A DNA stretch of 63,574 nt, the filler included. It is 8 parts of 8 records of this genome, joined end to end, with 100 filler letters (N's around TTAATTAATTAA, not from the genome) between each part and the next. Parts side by side here need not be neighbours in the genome. Positions count along the whole stretch, not along the records: positions 16,636 to 31,073 come from SRR31147125_7950; positions 31,174 to 36,267 come from SRR31147125_7953; 6 more parts are not named here. One strand, 5' to 3'. The notes beneath the pieces were generated by a model, which saw only the letters and a list, made by a program, of their open reading frames with translations, was not told the DNA's origin and did not search any database. Numbering within the stretch: position 1 is the stretch's first letter; each line of letters starts with the position of its first letter. Below, piece by piece: positions 24,480 through 33,625 of the stretch. Position numbers and translations under genes: made by a program.

Positions 24480-24941
24480 TTAATAGTCAGACTTTAATAA
24501 ACTTTTGGGATCATTGAGTAACTGGGGACAGGCTAAATAAACATCGCAGGTTCGGCAATTCTTGTTCGCTTTTTTGCACGAGGTATCTGATAGTATCCAA
24601 CAGGGTAAGGCGTTTTCAGTGAAGGCTCGACAGTTTTGATGACATTCTTTTGGACAATTTAAAATTCGCCAACAGGGTGTTAATGCCGCCAGGTGTTTGA
24701 TGGCTTCGATATTTAATCTATGAACTCTAATCATTTTAATGATTAATTCGAGATAGATTATATCATGTCTTGAATAAAGTCGGCGTTTTGTATCTGTTTT
24801 AAATGGGATGATTAAACCACTCTGTTCGTACATTCTAAGAGTCGGAACAGCGACACCTAATTTTTTTGCCGCGTGGCCAATGGTGTAAACCGGTTCATAA
24901 TACATACTTGCTCTACTGTCAACGATCATAGCATTCCTCAT
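24480..24941 (-). CDS. MerR-family (HspR-like HTH) regulator with Cys-rich two-CW-type C-terminal domain
   Basis: YTIGHAAKKLGVAVPTLRMYEQSGLI..RRLYS; PCW..CP..C..C..PCW..C..CxxCDVY. Confidence 0.88.
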   Translation of the reverse strand: MRNAMIVDSRASMYYEPVYTIGHAAKKLGVAVPTLRMYEQSGLIIPFKTDTKRRLYSRHDIIYLELIIKMIRVHRLNIEAIKHLAALTPCWRILNCPKECHQNCRAFTENALPCWILSDTSCKKANKNCRTCDVYLACPQLLNDPKSLLKSDY

Positions 24942-24956
24942 TCTATATTTTCAACG

Positions 24957-24998
24957 ATAGATTATATATATTTATTGACATTTTGTCAAGGTAAATTA
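24957..24998 (-). promoter_or_regulatory. Consensus sigma70 promoter with palindromic operator over the -35 box (copy 1)
   Basis: Minus strand TTGACA-17 nt-TATAAT; dyad TTGACA-N3-TGTCAA at 24975-24989. Confidence 0.85.
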
Positions 24999-25314
24999 TG
25001 TCAAGATTGTAATGCGTAACATTTATTATTTTACATATTTAAACCAGAAATTGTCATATTTACCATGATTATTATTTGTCTATGCAGTCGATCTTTGATT
25101 CATTGCAAGATAAAATTCTGTGGAGCATTGACATGTTTCTGACTATGAAAGTTTATTACCATGATTTCATTAAATTAAAACTTTTTTAAATTCATATTTA
25201 CAAATAGCCGGGATGATGCGTGTCTGGTACAATATCAGTAACATAATTCAAAAGTGGACCATCAGTTGGTATTCTTTCATTCAAATATCATTTTTTACTC
25301 ATCGTTTCTATAAA

Positions 25315-25353
25315 AGAAAAGCCGGTGTGAAACTTTATGACACCGGCTTTTCT
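25315..25353 (-). terminator. Intrinsic terminator after the large cytochrome
   Basis: AGAAAAGCCGGTGT..ACACCGGCTTTTCT hairpin with T-tract. Confidence 0.8.
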
Positions 25354-25392
25354 GGTGTTGTATGGAAATTTTGACGGTCAGTCCATATGAGA

Positions 25393-27978
25393 TTATTTCA
25401 GGAATACCATTTTTTTAGAGAATGTCTGGGATCTCGATTCTAATCTATACAAGTATGTTCCTGCACTGACCATTTGACCATTATCATCATGACCATCCCA
25501 TATTAAAGTATGATATCCGCTCGCAAATGTGCCGTTAGCCAATGTACGAACGTGTACACCACGAATGTCATAGACATTGACAACGATTTTTTCGCTTTGA
25601 GGAATACCAAATTCAATCACTGTTGTTGGATTGAATGGATTTGGATAGTTTTGGGCCAGGCTGAATTCCGTTGGTATAGAACCTTCTCTTGATTCTACAT
25701 TAGTAACCAGAACGCTTGCCTCATCGGAGGTTTCACTCTCGTTCCTGTTAAAATCAACAGCTGATATTTTATAATAGTATGTTTTCTGTGCTGTTAATTC
25801 AGAGTCTACAAAATCAGTACCCGTAAGTGAGGCAATCAGATTTTCTTCTGAAGGAATAAATCCACTGACTTCACTGCGATAGACTGCAAAGTAATTGAAA
25901 TCCTCATCCACAGGATCTTCCCATGAGAGAATGACGTCATTTCCAGCAGATATCGCCAGCAGCCCTGATGGAGCCATAGGATCAAGATTGTCCAAAGAAT
26001 AACCTTCAGACGGTACAGATTCATGGGCATCTCCGGAACGTGTTATTCCAACTATTTTAAATGTCGTCATAACAGTATCACCAGGTGTTGCGTTATAAAC
26101 CGTTGGAACAACCAGTCCATAACGAGCGCTACCGTCAGCGGTGTGTTGTCCAACACCTGTCCATACATCCCCATCGAGTCGTTTAACAGTGTAGGTCACG
26201 ATTGGATCAACAGCGATTCCGTCATCAACCAATTTGTCCCAAATGATCAGTACTTGTTTACCCTGATCGTCCGGTACATCATCTATAGCAACAATGTCAC
26301 CTACGCCAGAATTGTTAATAACTGCTTGTATGGTTACATTTAAAAGAGCGACAGTAAATGCAGGATTATGAACACCGAGACTGCGATCTTCCTCGATCAG
26401 AAAATAGTTGTACGCAGCAGTTTTTTCAGTAGCAGTGTAAATATAGTTTTCATCTCTTGCTTCTACTTCTAAAGAATCTTTTGGATGCAGCAACAAAGCT
26501 AGGTTATGTAATAATCCCTCGACCTCATGTTGTAGCCCTTCAGCTTCGCCATCACCATCATGGTCTGCATTGCCATTATAATAGTATTTTTTCTCAGCAA
26601 AGCTCGTTCCAACATCGCCATGACAATCCTGACAAATGGCCACGTTATCATTACCGTTTATATCAACGACACTGAAAGAATGAGCTCCTGCGGTTAATAC
26701 ATTATCCTCTTCGTCTACATGTCCCGGAGCCATGTGACAGGTAACACAGGTGTTTTCAATCTCAGTATGAGCGGAAATTGGAAGCTTTTTGCCAAAAGTG
26801 GGAACATTTACACCAAACAACACTTCAGCCTGTGGGCCATGATGTGGTTCGGGTCTGCTGGTTTGAACTCTTTCTAAAGCAATACGGCGGCTATTATGAC
26901 AGTTAGCGCAGAGATTTCCTCTTCCACCATCTAAAACATCGCCATTGGGAAGTTCAACAGGATCCACTGTTCTAAGCTGATGAGCATTTTCGGCACTGTG
27001 TGGCTCATGGCAGGTTGCACAAGTAATCGCAGTCGCTTCAGGTGCTTCTAGCAGGTCTTGTCTGCCACCTTTAAGAAACTCTACAAATCCGGCACCGCTG
27101 TGACAGGGAGCGCAGCTTGTTCTTGAAGCGAATCTTAACAACTCTGGATTACCATGTTTTGACACATCCCATTGTTCAGGATAAACATGATGTGTACCTG
27201 CATCGTGGCAGAGTGCACAATTGTCGGAGCCTAAGGGGGCAACCATTTTTGAATCAGATGTGGTACCAAAGTGTTCACTTCCCGGGCCATGACACGATTC
27301 ACATTGAATGTTTGCCCGTTTCATGGCTGAGGGATACAGCGCTACAGTAGAATCATACACTCCTTCAGCAAGCGTTTGAGGGAACGCAAAAACAAAGTCG
27401 TCAAAGCCCATATTGGAAGCATTGACGTCGTAACCAACTGTATGGCAGGTGATACAGTTAGCACCATAATGACTGCTAGCTGTTCCATTCAGGCCTCGTA
27501 CCAGCATATCGGAATGACCGGTCTCAGCCCATTGTGCCGCTTTATCACCGTGACAATTCGCACAGCCACCATCTTCCATTCCTGTATATGTGCCGGCATT
27601 AATTGTTACCGATGCAGTTTCAGTACCGTCAGCAAATTCAACAACGTATGTTCCAACAACATCCGGCGTAAATACAGCAACCTGAGTAGCTGTATCAACA
27701 TCCACTGTTACAGTAATTGCGGCTGCTGAATTTGTTGGTGCCTGAGTGACAGTCCAGGTTGGCGAAACCAAACTTTGCCCGTCAACAGATCCTTCCAGAT
27801 ACATTTGAGTTTCAACACCAACGTTTAGCAATCCATTGAACGCGCGGTCGAAAACATCTAATGTATCACTATCGGCATCTCTGGGAGAGATACCATGGGT
27901 TCCCAAAGTCAGAGTTTGGGAAAAAACGACTGCACTACAAAGTAATGCGATTAATAAAAATACGACTGTTTTGTGCAT
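25393..27978 (-). CDS. Exported nonaheme cytochrome c with N-terminal beta-rich domain, FN3-like domain and C-terminal T9SS type-A/FlgD-Ig domain
   Basis: Signal peptide after GGGAGG SD (start 27978); nine CxxCH; EEDRSLGVHN; DHDGDGEAE Ca-loop-like motif; FSLAQNYPNPFNPTT..KKMVFLK. Confidence 0.88.
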   Translation of the reverse strand: MHKTVVFLLIALLCSAVVFSQTLTLGTHGISPRDADSDTLDVFDRAFNGLLNVGVETQMYLEGSVDGQSLVSPTWTVTQAPTNSAAAITVTVDVDTATQVAVFTPDVVGTYVVEFADGTETASVTINAGTYTGMEDGGCANCHGDKAAQWAETGHSDMLVRGLNGTASSHYGANCITCHTVGYDVNASNMGFDDFVFAFPQTLAEGVYDSTVALYPSAMKRANIQCESCHGPGSEHFGTTSDSKMVAPLGSDNCALCHDAGTHHVYPEQWDVSKHGNPELLRFASRTSCAPCHSGAGFVEFLKGGRQDLLEAPEATAITCATCHEPHSAENAHQLRTVDPVELPNGDVLDGGRGNLCANCHNSRRIALERVQTSRPEPHHGPQAEVLFGVNVPTFGKKLPISAHTEIENTCVTCHMAPGHVDEEDNVLTAGAHSFSVVDINGNDNVAICQDCHGDVGTSFAEKKYYYNGNADHDGDGEAEGLQHEVEGLLHNLALLLHPKDSLEVEARDENYIYTATEKTAAYNYFLIEEDRSLGVHNPAFTVALLNVTIQAVINNSGVGDIVAIDDVPDDQGKQVLIIWDKLVDDGIAVDPIVTYTVKRLDGDVWTGVGQHTADGSARYGLVVPTVYNATPGDTVMTTFKIVGITRSGDAHESVPSEGYSLDNLDPMAPSGLLAISAGNDVILSWEDPVDEDFNYFAVYRSEVSGFIPSEENLIASLTGTDFVDSELTAQKTYYYKISAVDFNRNESETSDEASVLVTNVESREGSIPTEFSLAQNYPNPFNPTTVIEFGIPQSEKIVVNVYDIRGVHVRTLANGTFASGYHTLIWDGHDDNGQMVSAGTYLYRLESRSQTFSKKMVFLK

Positions 27979-29138
27979 AATACCTCCCATAGTTAAATTT
28001 GCACTCCTGATTTATCAATTTAGATTGTAGAGTCATCACCTCCTTAAAAATGCTAGATGTTTTTGTTTCAATTAAAACCATCAAAAGTAGTTTTAATGTA
28101 CCTATTCTGATTTATATAGCATGTATGATATAATTCAATTAATTTACAGCGATGAGATTCAAGAAAATAAAATCCTTGCCTTTGGCGAAAATAGGAGTAA
28201 CAGACCCTATGGATTGAAACTGTGGTGATTTCATCAGTGAGTATAGACAGGGCATTATCATGAGCATAACATAACAGTCTGACGTCCTGGCAATATTATA
28301 ATGTATTCTGGAGTTCAGAACATGTGACAGAAAAACAATCGATATCTGCCGTTCGGTAAAATAATTATGAAATCTGCTAATTTACCTAAAGAGGATGCTT
28401 TTCTACTTTGCTGTTAGAGCTTGGTGAGCAATGCTGCTTTTAATCTATTCTGGTTTGACCAGCATAATTCAGGAACCCAATATAAACACGGCTTGAGATA
28501 GAATGAAATGTCTTCAACAATGTTCAGCCTCGAAAGAAAAACTGCACGGAAAATGTCCTGCTTTATGAACCAGCCAAATATATTCCACAAAGAGTTTTAT
28601 TTAATAATTAAACGCAATTAACGCGCTTACACATTGTGTAATGTGAAAAAAAATGACAAAGACGTGCGATTACGTGAAAATATCAATAGTTAATCACACC
28701 TGATATTTTAGGGATGAAAATCAAATTTGGATAAATTAACCTGACATTACAGGTGCGACCATTATTTCTTGTATTATCACAAAAGGCAATCATTAGTAAA
28801 TAATAGAAAAGTTTTCTAACTGTTCTACATTATTGAAAAAAATGATGGGACGATTAATACTTTAAAATTTGGCTGTAAATTCTACGAGTTGCCTGTTACC
28901 CTTTTTGTCCAATCAATAAACTTTTAGCTTTATTCGTAATCAGTTATAATTCACTTAATCAGTTTAATGCAATGATTGGATCTGTCTTACATGTGATAAT
29001 TAAAACATTCTTTTTGTACAAGAAAAGAATCGGAATAACAGAACTTTATTTGCATCAATCTGGCTCGTTTAAATAATAAGCTCTTTTTAGATTAAGGAAA
29101 AGTATGCTAAGCATACGAGAAAAGCTATATTGACGACT

Positions 29139-29180
29139 ATAGATTATATATATTTCTTGACATTTTGTCAAGATAAATTA
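29139..29180 (-). promoter_or_regulatory. Second copy of the promoter/operator (40/42 identical to copy 1)
   Basis: ATAGATTATATATATTTCTTGACATTTTGTCAAGATAAATTA; dyad TCTTGACA-N3-TGTCAAGA. Confidence 0.85.
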
Positions 29181-29414
29181 AATTATTATTGAGTTTTGAA
29201 TGTAATTTTCACATTCATTAATCAAGCAATCTAAAAAATAAACCAATTCCATATATTTCCTGCTTTTGTGAGAATAAAGCCTGTATAAAACTATGTTAAT
29301 ATATAAAAATTAGTAAAATATGATGTGATCAAAAACAAAGGAGGTGATCAACTCCCTAAAACTATAAAATATCTTAATTAGTGAGGTGGCTTATCAAGAA
29401 ACGTTGGAGGTGGT

Positions 29415-30986
29415 ATGAATACTAGATTATTAATAACGTTAATGTTGTTTTCGTGTTTAGTCTTACCATTTTTATCCGGAAGCTCTCTGACATTTGCTAC
29501 ACCTGATTATTATTTGGGTGATAATGAAACCAATTGTGCCGGCTGTCATGGTGACGTAGTAAACAGTTGGAAAGTAACAGCCCACGCCTCGGCTCACGAT
29601 TCCATATCGTTCCTTGGATTTAGTTGTTTAGAATGTCATAACGTCGGTTGGAATACAGATGTTGTAAATTACGGTGCTGATGAGTATATTTTAGCTGGTG
29701 AAGAAAATGCTTATACTGTGACAGATTCGACAAATTTTTTCAGAGTCAAAAATATACAATGCGAAAACTGTCATGGTCCTCTTGGTAAAGAAGACAGAAC
29801 ATTTCTTGGATTTGCCGAACACCAGGAGGCGGCTGTCGTAAGTTTTGCTCCTGAAAACTGTGGTGTTTGCCACCAGGGTAGTCACCACCCAACCTTTCCG
29901 GAATGGGAAATGTCCAAACATGCCAAATCCAAAGCAACTACTATTCCAGGTGGTGCATTCGATTTTATCGCATCGAATCCTGGTTGTGCCGGATGTCATA
30001 CGGCTGAAGGTTTTCTCCAGTTTATTGAGCAGGAAGAATTAGAACCCAACGTTGATCCACCTGGCGATGCCGGCAATGATCTTACCTGTGCCGCTTGTCA
30101 TAATCCCCATGATAATACAAATCATGCCCAATTGCGAATGACTGTTGAAGAAATTTGCGTCAAATGTCACAATCCGGAATATAATCCGGATGAGGTAGGA
30201 GAACCGGATGGTTCGGATGTTCACCATTCCACCGCTTTTATGTTTGAAGGTAAAGGTGGTTATGAATATGAGGGATTTGATTATGCAAGTTCCGCGCATA
30301 CATTTGTTGTTACCGAGAAATGCGTCGAGTGTCACGTATTCATGACGCCATTTGTGGGTGAACCGGAAGAGATACCAGCATATACCGGACATACCTTTGA
30401 ACCTCAGGGAGGTTCTTGTGTTGAGTGCCACGAGGATTTTGATGTTGAAGCGGAGAGTTTTGATTATCGTGGTATTCAAACCCGAATTGATAGCCTTTCT
30501 CACGTACTTGAAGAAATGCTTACCATGGCATCAACAGCCGATTCTCTTACGCCTGCATTTTTGCGTGCCCGATTTAATCTCGAGTTTGTTCATGCAGACG
30601 GCAGCCATGGAATTCATAACACAAAATACGCAGAGGGACTGCTGGTATCCGCGATTCAAAACTATATTGAAACAGATGTTGCAACCAGCGATGGCGCAAC
30701 TCTACCTATGACATATTCTCTGGAACAAAACTATCCAAATCCATTCAACCCAACCACTATAATCACATTTAATCTGCCCAAGTCTGAACGTATCAGACTC
30801 ACCATCTATAATTTAGCAGGAGTCCTGGTGCGCCGGCTTGTTGATAACCAATTAGCAGCCGGTCAACATGATTATTCCTGGAACGGATATAATGAATATG
30901 GGCAACTGGTTAGTGCAGGAGCTTATATTTACAGGTTGGAATCCGAGTCTACCGCCATCACCAAAAAGATGATACTACTCAAATAA
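29415..30986 (+). CDS. Exported nonaheme cytochrome c with C-terminal T9SS type-A/FlgD-Ig domain, paralog of 25393-27978
   Basis: Signal peptide; nine CxxCH; HADGSHGIHN; YSLEQNYPNPFNPTT..KKMILLK; GGAGG SD. Confidence 0.88.
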   Translation: MNTRLLITLMLFSCLVLPFLSGSSLTFATPDYYLGDNETNCAGCHGDVVNSWKVTAHASAHDSISFLGFSCLECHNVGWNTDVVNYGADEYILAGEENAYTVTDSTNFFRVKNIQCENCHGPLGKEDRTFLGFAEHQEAAVVSFAPENCGVCHQGSHHPTFPEWEMSKHAKSKATTIPGGAFDFIASNPGCAGCHTAEGFLQFIEQEELEPNVDPPGDAGNDLTCAACHNPHDNTNHAQLRMTVEEICVKCHNPEYNPDEVGEPDGSDVHHSTAFMFEGKGGYEYEGFDYASSAHTFVVTEKCVECHVFMTPFVGEPEEIPAYTGHTFEPQGGSCVECHEDFDVEAESFDYRGIQTRIDSLSHVLEEMLTMASTADSLTPAFLRARFNLEFVHADGSHGIHNTKYAEGLLVSAIQNYIETDVATSDGATLPMTYSLEQNYPNPFNPTTIITFNLPKSERIRLTIYNLAGVLVRRLVDNQLAAGQHDYSWNGYNEYGQLVSAGAYIYRLESESTAITKKMILLK

Positions 30987-31003
30987 AAAAAATAAGAATT
31001 AGT

Positions 31004-31043
31004 AAAGCCGGCATCTGTTTTCATCCAGGTGCCGGCTTTTTTT
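31004..31043 (+). terminator. Intrinsic terminator
   Basis: AAAGCCGGCA..TGCCGGC followed by T7. Confidence 0.85.
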
Positions 31044-31046
31044 GTG

Positions 31047-31073
31047 GTGTGCCCGGCATGGCCAGGACACTCG
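31047..31073 (+). mobile_element. 5' end of a class C group II intron (or intron fragment), cut by contig end
   Basis: GTGTGCCCGGCATGG begins 4 nt after the terminator T-tract, matching the known IIC 5' end and target preference. Confidence 0.7.
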
Positions 31074-31450
31074 NNNNNNNNNNNNNNNNNNNNNNNNNNN
31101 NNNNNNNNNNNNNNNNNTTAATTAATTAANNNNNNNNNNNNNNNNNNNNNNNNNNNNNNNNNNNNNNNNNNNNTTAAAATAAGAGTATCCTGTTGTTATT
31201 TACTAAAGAAATACTCCCCAAACAGCCGATAGAGAAAAAGTCAGAATAATTATACCTTAATTTACCAGCATATAAAAGATCTAGCAGTACAAGAAACCAG
31301 CTTTAACCGAAAATAATGATTTTTTTTAAATCAAACTACCTTTAAATAGTAAAATAACTATATATAATGTTGTAAAAATTCAATATAATGTTAAAATAGC
31401 ATTGTAATAGAGGGTTAGTGCTATCCCGTGTAATAGAAGACAGGTAACAG

Positions 31451-32200
31451 ATGACTGAAACAGACAACACCGAACTATGGAAACGCTACAAAGAAGATGG
31501 TGACAGAGACGCCTTCGAAGAACTTGTTGCAGCGTATCTGCCTATGGTAAAGGTTACTGTAGGGCGCATGTCTGTAAATGTACCATCATATGTCGACAGA
31601 GAAGATCTCTACTCTGCTGGCTGTATGGGGCTGCTTTCTGCTGTCCAGCGCTATGACAGCACCCGAGAGGCCAAATTCACGACCTATGCCCTCACTCGAA
31701 TTCGCGGATCAATTATCGATGAACTACGCAACCACGACACACTCGGTCGTGTAACCCGTGATAGAGTCACCAGAATAAACAATGCAGAGCAGGAGATTCG
31801 TAGCACCGGCGGGGAGCTTACTGCAGAATCTATTGCTGATAAAGCAGGTCTCAGCCTCAATGAATACTGGGATGCAGAGATTGGCGAACAGGCAACACGT
31901 GTTATCCGCATTTCAGACTCACCGGATAATGACAACCATTCCTTTGCTGACGTACTGGCAAACAAGAAAAAAACCAATGAACCAGGTTACAGCATAGAAG
32001 TCACTGAAGTAATCGAACTCATCTATGACATGCTTGATGAAAAAGAACAGCTGCTCGTTGTCCTCTATTATCAGGAGGAACTCACACTCAAAGAGATAGG
32101 CAGAGTTATGAATGTCTCAGAGAGCCGAGTCTGTCAGATCCATACCGCCATGACCAATAAAATACGTGGTAAACTGGAGAAAAAAGGTATCTACCTCTAA
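31451..32200 (+). CDS. fliA: FliA/WhiG-family sigma factor
   Basis: DREDLYSAG, KFTTYALTRIRGSIIDELR, LYYQEELTLKEIGRVMNVSESRVCQIH. Confidence 0.92.
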   Translation: MTETDNTELWKRYKEDGDRDAFEELVAAYLPMVKVTVGRMSVNVPSYVDREDLYSAGCMGLLSAVQRYDSTREAKFTTYALTRIRGSIIDELRNHDTLGRVTRDRVTRINNAEQEIRSTGGELTAESIADKAGLSLNEYWDAEIGEQATRVIRISDSPDNDNHSFADVLANKKKTNEPGYSIEVTEVIELIYDMLDEKEQLLVVLYYQEELTLKEIGRVMNVSESRVCQIHTAMTNKIRGKLEKKGIYL

Positions 32201-32353
32201 ACTCCATTTGAAAGAATATAATGAAAGTCGGCTGTGCCAACTTTTATCGGATTTATTTATTGCAATATAGTAATAAATGAAGTATACTTAGTTTGATGAA
32301 CTGTACAAAATATACTTACCGGGAAGAATAACCGAGATAAGGAGCTAAAAATA

Positions 32354-32629
32354 ATGGATAATAATGTTTCAGGAATTAATGGTATGATTGGTAATGCCCC
32401 TGCACGCAAAGTCAAGCAGGTATACCAGTTCCAGCAGAGCAGCATCTCCCGTGCGGCAGATTCAGTCAAGCTTTCAAATGATGTTATGACAGTCAGAGGT
32501 GCAGAGCAGTTACGCCTTGATAAGATCATGGAGATCCGCCAACAGATTGCCGACGGCACATATCTTACAGCAGAAAAGCTTGATTCCGCTCTCGACAGCG
32601 CTCTTGACGACACGCTGAAAAATCTTTAA
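32354..32629 (+). CDS. flgM: Anti-sigma28 factor FlgM
   Basis: DSVKLS..RLDKIMEIRQQIADGTY, next to fliA. Confidence 0.8.
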   Translation: MDNNVSGINGMIGNAPARKVKQVYQFQQSSISRAADSVKLSNDVMTVRGAEQLRLDKIMEIRQQIADGTYLTAEKLDSALDSALDDTLKNL

Positions 32630-32657
32630 ATCTTTATAGTCTAATTCTATAAACAAT

Positions 32658-32691
32658 AAAAGGAACTGATATAAATATCAGTTCCTTTTTT
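32658..32691. terminator. Bidirectional intrinsic terminator
   Basis: AAAAGGAACTGATA-TAAA-TATCAGTTCCTTTT between convergent genes. Confidence 0.85.
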
Positions 32692-32714
32692 ATATGCAAT
32701 AATATGAGGTATTA

Positions 32715-33197
32715 CTACTCTGCTTCTTTTACCCGAACATTCGACATCCCGTACTCAATCCCTTCAAGCCCCCTGCTCTCAAGAACCTCCAGAAGCTCAC
32801 TCTCCGCCGGCGTATAACTAGTCACCTCCCCACATATCCCCTTACCTTCATTCTTCATATTATAATAATAAACAGTCACAAAGACTTTCGCACCCACAAC
32901 CGGATGAAAATAAATATCTCCCCCAACCCATGGCGTACCAGTAGAACTCTTACAGATCCCGCAAAACCTAGCCCCCGGCGTGAATTCACCAAAAGACTCA
33001 AGCAGTTCAAACTCAACCTTTTTACTGATATAATGCTCCTGCTCATCAATCACACTCACCTCCCGCACAACAGCAAGAGCTTTGATCTGCGATTCTGCAA
33101 TTTGTTTGATATAAACCTGCGGCGGCATCACCGCAAAAGCAGTAACAATAGAAAAGAAACAAAGAACAACAAGAAATCCGCTTAATTGTTTACGCAT
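32715..33197 (-). CDS. Exported hypothetical protein (probable start MRKQLSG)
   Basis: Signal peptide ending AFA; no family recognised. Confidence 0.6.
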   Translation of the reverse strand: MRKQLSGFLVVLCFFSIVTAFAVMPPQVYIKQIAESQIKALAVVREVSVIDEQEHYISKKVEFELLESFGEFTPGARFCGICKSSTGTPWVGGDIYFHPVVGAKVFVTVYYYNMKNEGKGICGEVTSYTPAESELLEVLESRGLEGIEYGMSNVRVKEAE

Positions 33198-33625
33198 AAA
33201 CAAACCTGCTTTCAAAAAATCACTGGAGGTAGATATAGTCACTTGACATATATAAAAATTTAAAACTCTTGTATACCTATATTCTACAATCAAGCATATA
33301 CCAAAGGCAACCAAAATCTTAATTCTCTGTCAAAATACTTATTAAAACAACTCCTGATTGACAGATATTGCTTCACATGCAAAATGTCAGACTTTGAATC
33401 ATTACCAGATAACAACTTCCATTAATCAGAGTCAGCAGCATATCAACAATACCCATAATTATATCTATTCTATTTTTACAGTGCTACAGCTTGTACATAG
33501 CCACAAAGACCTCCGGCACAGTCATACTCAGTCCTGATTAATCATAATACCTATTGTCGCTTCCTGCATCTTCTCAGAAAGGCTTATCCGTATCTGCATG
33601 AAAGTCATAATCTCTTCAAATCAAA

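Noticed and set aside
31204-31232. Sigma28 promoter TAAA..GCCGATAG upstream of fliA
   Set aside because: Spacer is 17 nt, longer than the usual 15-16; plausible but not supportable
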